IMG/VR virus record: IMGVR_UViG_3300028177_000001
Location: 62,001-126,000 of that record
DNA length: 64,000 nt
Direction: 5' to 3' (one strand)
A program made the translations under genes and the position numbers. The notes below the pieces were generated by a model. It saw only the letters and a program-made list of their open reading frames with translations, searched no databases and was not told where the DNA came from. This document shows positions 9,932 through 18,232 of this stretch, one piece after another. Position 1 is the first letter of the stretch, and each line of letters starts with the position of its first letter.

Positions 9932-10486
9932 TTAGACCGTCACTTCCACTTCGACCTGGGGGGCTGAGGTGGGGTTGATAACGTCGGTGTCCTTGATCAG
10001 GAACATGCACTGAGGACAGCCCAAGAGCTTGTCGCTGGCCCCGCCACGCCGCTTGTAGATGGCCTTCTTGAGAGGGGGAGCGCCTTCACACCGAGGGCAA
10101 CAGGGACGACCCGAGTCACACTCGGACTTGTCCATCCGGTACTTGCGGTCTCGGGAGGCCCAGTACAACGCCTTGCGAGCGAATGCCTGGGCTACCCGAG
10201 AAGGAACCGGTCCGCCTGGGACGCTGACTGTCTCGGCGCCACCCGCACCCGTGTTGGTGTGGGTGGGGTTCGCCGACCCGTCGTTGTCCATCCTCTGAAG
10301 GTCCTCGACCGGGAAGCGACGGTTGCCCGTCGACATCTCCACATCAACCATGCCGATGGCGGGCCACACTGCTGTGACACGTCCGGCCTGGCTGTCGAAC
10401 ATACCGAACGGAACCACCACTCCCCCTACGGAGAACTCGGCAGCTTTCGCTTGGTAGTCGATGAAGTTGTCTGCTTCCCGCTTCAA
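9932..10486 (-). CDS. Head-associated protein with C-terminal zinc ribbon
   Basis: CPRC...CPQC. Carries the tag variant SRVAQAF. Confidence 0.6.
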   Translation of the reverse strand: MKREADNFIDYQAKAAEFSVGGVVVPFGMFDSQAGRVTAVWPAIGMVDVEMSTGNRRFPVEDLQRMDNDGSANPTHTNTGAGGAETVSVPGGPVPSRVAQAFARKALYWASRDRKYRMDKSECDSGRPCCPRCEGAPPLKKAIYKRRGGASDKLLGCPQCMFLIKDTDVINPTSAPQVEVEVTV

Positions 10487-10494
10487 GAGAGCCC

Positions 10495-11682
10495 CTACTG
10501 GAACAGGTTGAAGTGAACGGATGCCTTCTTGGAAGACTCTTCTTCCTCGACGACCTCTTCGACCTCTTCCTCAGCGGCTTCGCGGGGAAGCTGCGAGGAA
10601 GCGAGCTTGCCGCTCATGATGTCCTTGGCCACGCCCATGAACTCGCCGTGAACCTTCTCGACGGAGCGGCTGGAGCCTGCGACGATGCGGGCTGCGTTCT
10701 GCACCACCTGCACCATCTTGCGCCAGTTCTTCAGAAGGAGGCTCTGGAAGCGAGCGAGGAGATCGGCGAGACCGGCCACCTTCTCGGAAGCGGTGCGCAG
10801 GGCGCGATCTTCGAGCTCGAAGCCCTTGAAGGCGATCGCCATCGTCTTGTTGGTGTCGCGAAGAGCGTCCGTGGTCTCGTTGATGAACTCGGAGACCTCA
10901 GCACCGTACTTCTCGGAGATAGCGTTCATCAGCTCCTTCTGGACCTGCGTGGCGGTGCGCTTGCGCTCAACCACCTTGAGCATCGCCCGAGCCTCCACCA
11001 GAGCGGTCTTGCGCTCGATGGTGATGTTGCCGACCTCGGAGAGCTTGTCCTTGTACTCCTTCTTGATGCCCTCGTGCGCGGCCTTGAGCTCCTTGTCCAG
11101 ACCCGCCTTCGCTTCGAGAAGAGGCGCCACTGCGGCGTCGATCTGAGCCTGAAGCTCCATGGCCTCAGTGTTGAGTGCATCCAGGCGACGGATCTGGTCC
11201 GTGAACTGGTCGTAGCCCTGCACAGTGACGTTGGGCATGGCCGCCGACTTGCTGTCGCTGAAGTAGGTCTCGGCAGCGGTCAGGAGGGAAGCGAACTTGC
11301 CCAGACCTCCGGACTCCTGCAGATCACCCAGCTCGTGGAACTCGGCCTGCTGGAAGTGGTCCGACATGTAGCCCGCCTCGTCCGGCTCGCTCTCAAGCGG
11401 TCCGGTCTCAGGCTCGGCGATCTCGTTCGGGTCGAAGTCTGCCTTCTTGGAAGACTCCTCGACGACTTCCTCTTCCTCGACTTCCTCGGAAGCGGTGACC
11501 GGGAAGTTGAGGACCGCCCGATTCTCGACCGCGTCGGAAATCAGGTCGCTCCGATAGGCGAAGTCGATAGCGATCTTCGGATCGATACCAAGGATGTCGG
11601 CGTTCTGCTGGACTGTGTCGGCGATCTTGTCGATGGCCACGGTCAGTTCGCGAGCACCCCGACGGGTCAGCTTACTGGGCAT
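10495..11682 (-). CDS. Acidic coiled-coil head/core protein
   Basis: Likely start MPSK at 11682 after AGGAG. EEVEEE..SSKKA linkers are shared with the scaffold. Confidence 0.65.
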   Translation of the reverse strand: MPSKLTRRGARELTVAIDKIADTVQQNADILGIDPKIAIDFAYRSDLISDAVENRAVLNFPVTASEEVEEEEVVEESSKKADFDPNEIAEPETGPLESEPDEAGYMSDHFQQAEFHELGDLQESGGLGKFASLLTAAETYFSDSKSAAMPNVTVQGYDQFTDQIRRLDALNTEAMELQAQIDAAVAPLLEAKAGLDKELKAAHEGIKKEYKDKLSEVGNITIERKTALVEARAMLKVVERKRTATQVQKELMNAISEKYGAEVSEFINETTDALRDTNKTMAIAFKGFELEDRALRTASEKVAGLADLLARFQSLLLKNWRKMVQVVQNAARIVAGSSRSVEKVHGEFMGVAKDIMSGKLASSQLPREAAEEEVEEVVEEEESSKKASVHFNLFQ

Positions 11683-11749
11683 TGAAGTACTCCTGAAGAA
11701 GGAAAAGCTTGAGCGGGGCGGCAGGGCCGACACACTATCGGTGTTGTGT

Positions 11750-11764
11750 ATAAAGGAGTTACCG
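11750..11764 (-). promoter_or_regulatory. Putative late promoter
   Basis: cggt aactcctt tat upstream of the core-protease-scaffold operon. Confidence 0.7.
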
Positions 11765-11839
11765 CGAAAGACCCGCTTCTGCTGCGAGAGAAGCGAGCTT
11801 TGGCTTGTAGAGGATCGGTTTTAGCGGTCGGAGGGAAAA

Positions 11840-14800
11840 CTACCCCCAGGGGGCAAAGTCCCAGGTCAAAGCAACCTTCTTTGCAGGGCCCTGCGCGTGC
11901 GCGTCAGCTCCCGCCCTGTCATCGAAGTAGTCCACGTCGCCCGCAGGGTTCTTTGCCCCGTACTTGCCCTCGTCCGTCTTCCAGACCGTGCCCGCTGCAT
12001 GCTCTTCCTCAACCACCTCCTTCTCGGAGGGCTGCGGCGCGGGCTTCTTCTCGGCGGGGGGCGGGGCAGAAGTCGGCTTTGCGGGGGTCTTCTTGGAAGG
12101 AGTCTTCTTGATGTGCTTGCCCAGCGCCTGGAGAAGGGTGTCCACCCAGCTCTTCTGTTCCTTCACGTCCTTCGGGAACTCCTTCTGCTTCTTGCCCACC
12201 TGCGCTCGGGTCTTCTTTGCCTCGGCGTCATGCTCACCCACCTTCGCGCCTGGGCCGACCTTGCGGGTTGTCGCGGGGTCAAGGAAGGCAGTGTCCATCA
12301 CCAAGAAGTCGATCATCATCTCCTTCATCATGGCGTGGTCGTCGGCCGACATGTTCTTGTTCTTTTCTGGGTCCGACAGAAGCTCAGCGATGGGGTACGC
12401 CGGGTGGTCGTCCGAAACCAGACCCAGGAACTGCGATCCTGTGAGGTCATCGTAGACATCGCGGATGAAAGCCTGGTCATCCGAACCGAGGCTCTCGTCG
12501 CCCCCCAGGGTGCCGATGCTCAGGATCTTGCGCAAGTTGCCGCCCGCATCCGCAGCGCCGACGAGCCTCGCCATCGAAGAACCCACCCCCTGGGCATCCT
12601 TTCCGTCTTCCAGGGCCCCTGCTACGACCAGACCCCTCTGGATAGCCTCTATCTCGATGCGTCGAGGGTCACCTTCTTTGAGGTCTTCCATCTCGCGAGC
12701 CAGCTTGTCCAGATGGCGGACACGCCCGTCCTGGTCCATCTGGCGGTACTTGGCCACAGCCGTTTCGGCGCGGGCCACCGCTACATCCTGAGCTTTTCGA
12801 AGATCGCCCTCCGTGAGAGGAGCACCAGATTCGGAGAGAGGGTTGTCCGCGTCGACCATCGGGTTGTCGATCACCTTCTCGTAGTGCTCGACCTTAGCCA
12901 GGAACTCGGCCATCTTCTTCGGATTAGCATGAAGCTTCTCCCCGACATCCCCCGTGTCCTCCAGGTCCTCTTGCGCTTGCTTTGCGTCCTTGATGAACTC
13001 CGCCAGGTCTTCCGGCGCTGCGGCGGCCAGGGCCGTGCGCGCTGCGTCCAGGGTTTCCTTGAAGACGGCGTATTGCTCAGGCTTGAGATCATTAATGGCT
13101 CGGGAGACCGTACTCTCGGAGGTCTCGGAAAGCACGTTCACGACGTTGTCGATCAACTCGGTTTTTGCCTTGCTCTCAGCCTTCTCCCTTTTCACCTTGG
13201 CCTTCGCTTCAGCCTCGGCCTTCGCTTCAGCCTCGGCTTCAGCCTTCGCCGCGCCAGCCTTCTCGGCTTCCTCTTCCAGAAGCTCTACGGCTGCCTCAGC
13301 GTCGCTCTTGTCGGAAAGACCCTCGGTGACACCCTTGATTTCGTCCTCAGCCAGGCCCAGAGCCAGATAGCGGTCCATCAAGGACTTCTGGAAGTCCTCA
13401 AACTTCTTCGGGTCTGGGTCGTCGTCGGAGCCGGGCAGGTTGCTGGGGTCTGGCTTCGGAGGAACCTCCGCCTTGCCCCCGTCGTCCTTCGGAGAATCGC
13501 CTTCCGAAGCGTCTCCCTCCTCGAGAGACTCGTACTCACTGCCTCGGTCACGTAGGGTGTCCTCAGTGACCTCAGTGACCTGCCCTGTGTCCTTCTTCCG
13601 AACCCGAACCTTCTTAGTCTCCTCGGCCAGAAACCTCAAGGCGACCCGACGGGCCGAGGAGTCCTTGTAGTTCTGGGACCGGTCCTTCTTGTCCTGCTTC
13701 TCGTCCGGGTCCTGTTCCTCGTCCGTCTCTTTCACCTTGCGGGTCTGGAGGTCAGTACGAGGCGGCTTCTTGGTAGGGGACTGCTTGATGAGGTCCTCGG
13801 TTGCCTCGTCTTCCTTCTCAAGGCGGGTCTTCGTACTGAACAGAGTCCGCAAGGACTCATTGAACATCGGGTCGTTGATTGAGCCCTGGTCTCGCGAAGC
13901 CCAGCGCAAGGCGACCCGAAATGCAGACGCATGCATCTTCTTGCCCTTGTTCCGATCTTCCTGGACCCAGCGCCAGAACTGACCCACAGGCATAGTGAGG
14001 AACTCACCGTCCTTGAAGAAGCCGGGACGGTCGTACTGCTTCTTGTAGAGACCGATCGCCTCCTCGGGTGAGTCGAACCCGAGCATGACCTTGTCCTCGT
14101 CGAACTTTCCAGTCCCAGGGTCCTGCTGGTGGATGACGACGACCACCGAGGAGTCGTGGTTATCCCCCACGTACACGTCCAGCTTGTCCCCGTCAGTGCC
14201 CTCGGTCCCTCGGATCTCGCCGTAGTGGGCGTGCATCTTGATCGACCACTCGGTCCCGTCGGGTGCCTCGCCAGAGCGGGTGGCACCCTTCTTGTTCTCA
14301 ACGTCGATCTGGATGCCCTGGAAGTCAAGGTAGCCCTCGAACGGGAACTCCTTCCGCTTTGCCTGGGGGGGCTCCACCTTCACCGGGTGGTGGTTGTGGG
14401 GGGCCTCAATGATGTCTTGGTTGCTGGCAGCAGTACGTCGCTGCTCCTGGTAGACATAGTCCAGGTATCCCCCGTCGGGGTTAATCTGACGGAGGGTTCG
14501 CCCCTTCCGGATCTCCCCCAGATACCAGGCCCAGACTTCCGGGAACAGCTTGCTGTACGTGATCTTGATGGGGATATCCCGCCCCAAGATCTTCCCCGCC
14601 ATGGCTCGATGGTGACCGTCGGAGAAAGCCACCGTCCCGTCGCGGTGTACCAGAACCCCCACCGGCTCCGAGAAGTCCACGGTTTTCGCCCACTCGCGAG
14701 CTTCCCGAGATCGGGGGTTGAAGCCCCGCCACCACCCTGCCTGGTACTCCCCCACTCCGCTCTTCAGCTCTGACGCCGGGAACATCAGTCGCTGGCTCGC

Positions 14801-17800
14801 GGTCTTCGACCCCCAGCCGCTCTGGGCGAACCAGGCCTTCTGCTTTGCAGCTCGCTCCTCCATGATAGGCAGGCGAGGGTCTTCAGTGGGGATCGGCTGC
14901 CATTCCTCGTCCTTGGACATCCTCTCGCAGGGGAGCCCTTCGCAGGGAGTGTCGTTCCAGTGCTTCGAGAAACCGCCGAGGTTGACCTCGTAGGGACAAT
15001 CACCACACCTGTCGTAGAACTTGGCGCCGTCGTGCAAGATGCCCATGCAGTGAGGGCAGTGGGAGGTGATGTCGAAGGCTGCGGTCTTCACAGAAGCACC
15101 CCGAACCTTCGGGTGTCCGTACAGTGCCTTCTGGACCATGCCCAGACTTGCGAGCTGACGCTGATAGTAGCCGTCGCCCTCCCACTTGATGTCCTTCCCC
15201 TTGAGGACAGCGCGGACTACCTTCTCGTCCGTGATGCGGGGAGCTCCCGCAGACTCAAACATCCGAGCTACCTTATGGGAAGCCTCTCCGTACCAGCCCC
15301 GTTGCTTGATTAGAGCCATGGTCTGCCGCACCACTGCAGACTTCGCAGCGCGGGTGCCGTCCGTGCCCATCAAGGCCAACTTGTTTCCGAACGGGGTGAC
15401 CTTGTACGCAATAAAAGCGTCCGGAGCCTGGTCGGCATCCAGGTCAATCAGCTTGAGGATCTTGTACTTGCTCAGAAAAGTGGCAAGGTCTGGGATGTGG
15501 GTGCCCAACTGCCCGTACGAGATGGAGTAGAGGTCCCAGACGGTCTCTCCCTCAGCCCGTTCAAGATCTGAGGTGGAAACATCAATCCACTTATTCTTAG
15601 GGAACTGGACCCGAGCATATCGCTCAGCCACTCGGTGGGCGGACACAAACCCCTGCTTGTTCAGCTTCTGGGGGGGCTTCCCCTCCTTCAAGAAAGCCTC
15701 CTCCAGGCCGGGAACCAGGTAGCTGGAGCGCAGCATCGAAGGGGCATGACCTACGGCCTCCGCAGCGCCCTCGAGAGCCTCCTTGAACTCTGCTTTGAGG
15801 ATCTTCTCCCGCTCCTTCTTGTCCGAGGGCAGCGTGCCCCCCTTCGAGCGGACTTGCTTCAGCCGGGCCTTCATTTCCTCGTTGGCGTGCAGGCCCCGGA
15901 GGTCCTTCGCTGTGACGCCGAAGTCCTTCAGGTATGCGTTCACGCCCTCTGCCCCGACCACGCAGTCGTCGCCCTCACAAAGGATTTGGTCGTCCGGCTT
16001 CTTGCCCTTGAGGGCTGCCTTCAAGGCTGAGACCACCTTTGCCGAGGAGATCTTCTTCTCCTGGTCGACCCCGGACTTGCCCGTGTACTTGATGGTGGCG
16101 GTGTTCCCGGAGAAGGAGACGTGCTTCTTGAGCCAGCCCGTGACCCCGAAGTGGCCGTCCTTGGCGGATTCGGAGTTGCCTACCCGCTCGTAGGTCTCGT
16201 CAATAAGCGCCACTGCAAGGGCTGTGAGGCGCTCTCTGGGGTCGTCGGAGGTGAGCTCGCGCTTGTACTGAGATCGGAGATCCGGGAGGGCCTGGCGGAT
16301 CTTCTCGACCCGGTTCGCCTTTTCCTTGTCCTGCTTGTCGTGGTGCTGCTCGGTGTACTCGTACACCACCCGCTCGACACCATCAGGGGTCTTCACCTTC
16401 TTCTTGGACTTGAAAGCTGCGGACGCGTTGATGTCCCTCCAACGACCCCCCTCGCTGCGAAACGAGACGATCTCGGGCTCCTTGAAACCTTTGGGGGCGA
16501 GAGTGGACACATCCCAACCGTGCGCCATAGACCATGCGTGGTCGCGGGCCTCCTGGATGTCATCCGCAAAGAACTCGAAGCTCTCCTCTCGGCCTGTGGA
16601 GTCTCTGATCAGCAATTGGTACTTGTTCGATGGGGCGACCCCACCAGGCAACCGAACCCACCGACGGCGGATTCCCGACCCTTGCGGGGTGAATCCGGAG
16701 CGCTTGTACCATGCAGCCAATTGTGCAGAGGACAGGTTCTTAGAACCCACCGCTGCTGGGATCAGGGAAAGCTCTGTGTCCGTACTATCCGCAAGGCGGA
16801 GGATCTCCTTCAGGACAGTGGAACCCGCTCCCCGACCAGAACAATCACGGGGGTCCTCCAGCTGAATCATGACCAGGTGTGCGCGACCCTGCTTGGGCTG
16901 GATCACGGTATGGACTCTACAATCCTGGAACTCCCAGAAACGGTGTCCAGGCTTCTGGGGGTCTTCGGGCTCCGCCGACAGTGCGCGGTAGCCTGTGAAG
17001 AACCTCGAGAGAGAGGCGACCCTAACAGCGGAAGACTGGATAACAAGCTGCTTGCGGAGCTTGCGCACCTGCTGGCCCAGCTGCTGAGAAGGAGCCTTGT
17101 TCTGATACAGGGTCCAGAGCTGCCGAACAACCCCAGGCAGCGGCCTCAGCTTCTCTGTTAGAGTGCCCGTCTTGTCCAGGCCAACCGCCTCCTCGAGGAA
17201 TGCCTCGGCCGTGAGGAGGTGCTTGCGGATGCAGTCTGGACAGAACTTCGCCGGGTGCGCCAGATGGTCCTCGAGCAGCAGGAGCTGCTTCGCTGCCTCC
17301 CTCAGGTTGAAGAGGGGGTCCATGATGGGCAGCTTCGACGCCGCCTTCTTGAAGGGCTTCGTCTCGAACTTCCCGTCTTCGCTGAGCTCGGTGTATTTGA
17401 ACACCTTCAGTACCACCTTGGGCTTGTATCCCGCAGGGAGGTCCGCCTCATAGCCGAGATACTCGGTGTCTCCGGGCAGGATGTAGAACAACACCTCCTT
17501 CGCTGTGGAGTCAAGCACCATCTGGCTCGAGGTGATCATGTTGTCCGTATTTCGGACCATGTTGTTCGGGTCGGCGCGGTCCTTCTTCCGCTTCCCGTAG
17601 AGAGCAGGCGCGATGTCAGCGGGGGACTTGAGACCCCGGAGCGTCTTCTGCGCCTGGTTCCTACGTGTCACCGAGGAAAGGTAGTCGTCTGAATCGTGGG
17701 TGTACCCCGCATTTTCGTGCGCGAACCCGTGGTTGGTCCGAGTGTGGATTTGATCCCCGCGCACTGTCTTGGTCACGCAATCGTGCTTAGACGTGTGCTC

Positions 17801-18232
17801 GATGCTCAGGGTCTTGTCGGGAGATACCAGGAAGGTATGCCCCTTGACACCGCCCTGGTACTCGCACGCAATAGCCAGAGCCTCATCGAGGCTCTTCTGC
17901 TCCAGGACCTTTAGGATCCGAGCTCCGTCCTTCGACTTCTTGCCCACTTCCTTGACGAGACGCTTCTCGGCCTCGTCGCGGGCCACCTGCAAGGCGGAGT
18001 TGACAACGCCGATGCCGAACTCGTTCAGGCCTTCGACCCAGCCCGTCCCCTCATCCTTGAGATACAGAACCTCAACGCCCTCGCGGATCTCGTGGTAGAT
18101 CTTTACCTTGGGGGCGTAGTTCCGGTCGCGGTTCTTCAGCAAACACCGATGGCCTCCCCATTGCCCCGCAGCAATGATGCAGGCAGTTCTGCCCTGCATC
18201 ATCGCCACCACCCTCGCGGGGGAGGGCTTCAC
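11840..18232 (-). CDS. 2130-aa polyvalent protein: Ntn-hydrolase, GNAT, topoisomerase IB, ParB-like, inorganic pyrophosphatase-like and acidic C-terminal domains
   Basis: Ntn: C-IIAAG..KNRDR..EGLNEFG..RTNH. GNAT: GRGAGS..WYKRSGF. Topo IB: RVGN/GKSG/KDLR/GH/SY pentad. ParB/Srx: DGHHR. PPase: YGEIRGTEGTDGDKLDVYVG..FDEDKVMLG. Confidence 0.85.
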   Translation of the reverse strand: MKPSPARVVAMMQGRTACIIAAGQWGGHRCLLKNRDRNYAPKVKIYHEIREGVEVLYLKDEGTGWVEGLNEFGIGVVNSALQVARDEAEKRLVKEVGKKSKDGARILKVLEQKSLDEALAIACEYQGGVKGHTFLVSPDKTLSIEHTSKHDCVTKTVRGDQIHTRTNHGFAHENAGYTHDSDDYLSSVTRRNQAQKTLRGLKSPADIAPALYGKRKKDRADPNNMVRNTDNMITSSQMVLDSTAKEVLFYILPGDTEYLGYEADLPAGYKPKVVLKVFKYTELSEDGKFETKPFKKAASKLPIMDPLFNLREAAKQLLLLEDHLAHPAKFCPDCIRKHLLTAEAFLEEAVGLDKTGTLTEKLRPLPGVVRQLWTLYQNKAPSQQLGQQVRKLRKQLVIQSSAVRVASLSRFFTGYRALSAEPEDPQKPGHRFWEFQDCRVHTVIQPKQGRAHLVMIQLEDPRDCSGRGAGSTVLKEILRLADSTDTELSLIPAAVGSKNLSSAQLAAWYKRSGFTPQGSGIRRRWVRLPGGVAPSNKYQLLIRDSTGREESFEFFADDIQEARDHAWSMAHGWDVSTLAPKGFKEPEIVSFRSEGGRWRDINASAAFKSKKKVKTPDGVERVVYEYTEQHHDKQDKEKANRVEKIRQALPDLRSQYKRELTSDDPRERLTALAVALIDETYERVGNSESAKDGHFGVTGWLKKHVSFSGNTATIKYTGKSGVDQEKKISSAKVVSALKAALKGKKPDDQILCEGDDCVVGAEGVNAYLKDFGVTAKDLRGLHANEEMKARLKQVRSKGGTLPSDKKEREKILKAEFKEALEGAAEAVGHAPSMLRSSYLVPGLEEAFLKEGKPPQKLNKQGFVSAHRVAERYARVQFPKNKWIDVSTSDLERAEGETVWDLYSISYGQLGTHIPDLATFLSKYKILKLIDLDADQAPDAFIAYKVTPFGNKLALMGTDGTRAAKSAVVRQTMALIKQRGWYGEASHKVARMFESAGAPRITDEKVVRAVLKGKDIKWEGDGYYQRQLASLGMVQKALYGHPKVRGASVKTAAFDITSHCPHCMGILHDGAKFYDRCGDCPYEVNLGGFSKHWNDTPCEGLPCERMSKDEEWQPIPTEDPRLPIMEERAAKQKAWFAQSGWGSKTASQRLMFPASELKSGVGEYQAGWWRGFNPRSREAREWAKTVDFSEPVGVLVHRDGTVAFSDGHHRAMAGKILGRDIPIKITYSKLFPEVWAWYLGEIRKGRTLRQINPDGGYLDYVYQEQRRTAASNQDIIEAPHNHHPVKVEPPQAKRKEFPFEGYLDFQGIQIDVENKKGATRSGEAPDGTEWSIKMHAHYGEIRGTEGTDGDKLDVYVGDNHDSSVVVVIHQQDPGTGKFDEDKVMLGFDSPEEAIGLYKKQYDRPGFFKDGEFLTMPVGQFWRWVQEDRNKGKKMHASAFRVALRWASRDQGSINDPMFNESLRTLFSTKTRLEKEDEATEDLIKQSPTKKPPRTDLQTRKVKETDEEQDPDEKQDKKDRSQNYKDSSARRVALRFLAEETKKVRVRKKDTGQVTEVTEDTLRDRGSEYESLEEGDASEGDSPKDDGGKAEVPPKPDPSNLPGSDDDPDPKKFEDFQKSLMDRYLALGLAEDEIKGVTEGLSDKSDAEAAVELLEEEAEKAGAAKAEAEAEAKAEAEAKAKVKREKAESKAKTELIDNVVNVLSETSESTVSRAINDLKPEQYAVFKETLDAARTALAAAAPEDLAEFIKDAKQAQEDLEDTGDVGEKLHANPKKMAEFLAKVEHYEKVIDNPMVDADNPLSESGAPLTEGDLRKAQDVAVARAETAVAKYRQMDQDGRVRHLDKLAREMEDLKEGDPRRIEIEAIQRGLVVAGALEDGKDAQGVGSSMARLVGAADAGGNLRKILSIGTLGGDESLGSDDQAFIRDVYDDLTGSQFLGLVSDDHPAYPIAELLSDPEKNKNMSADDHAMMKEMMIDFLVMDTAFLDPATTRKVGPGAKVGEHDAEAKKTRAQVGKKQKEFPKDVKEQKSWVDTLLQALGKHIKKTPSKKTPAKPTSAPPPAEKKPAPQPSEKEVVEEEHAAGTVWKTDEGKYGAKNPAGDVDYFDDRAGADAHAQGPAKKVALTWDFAPWG

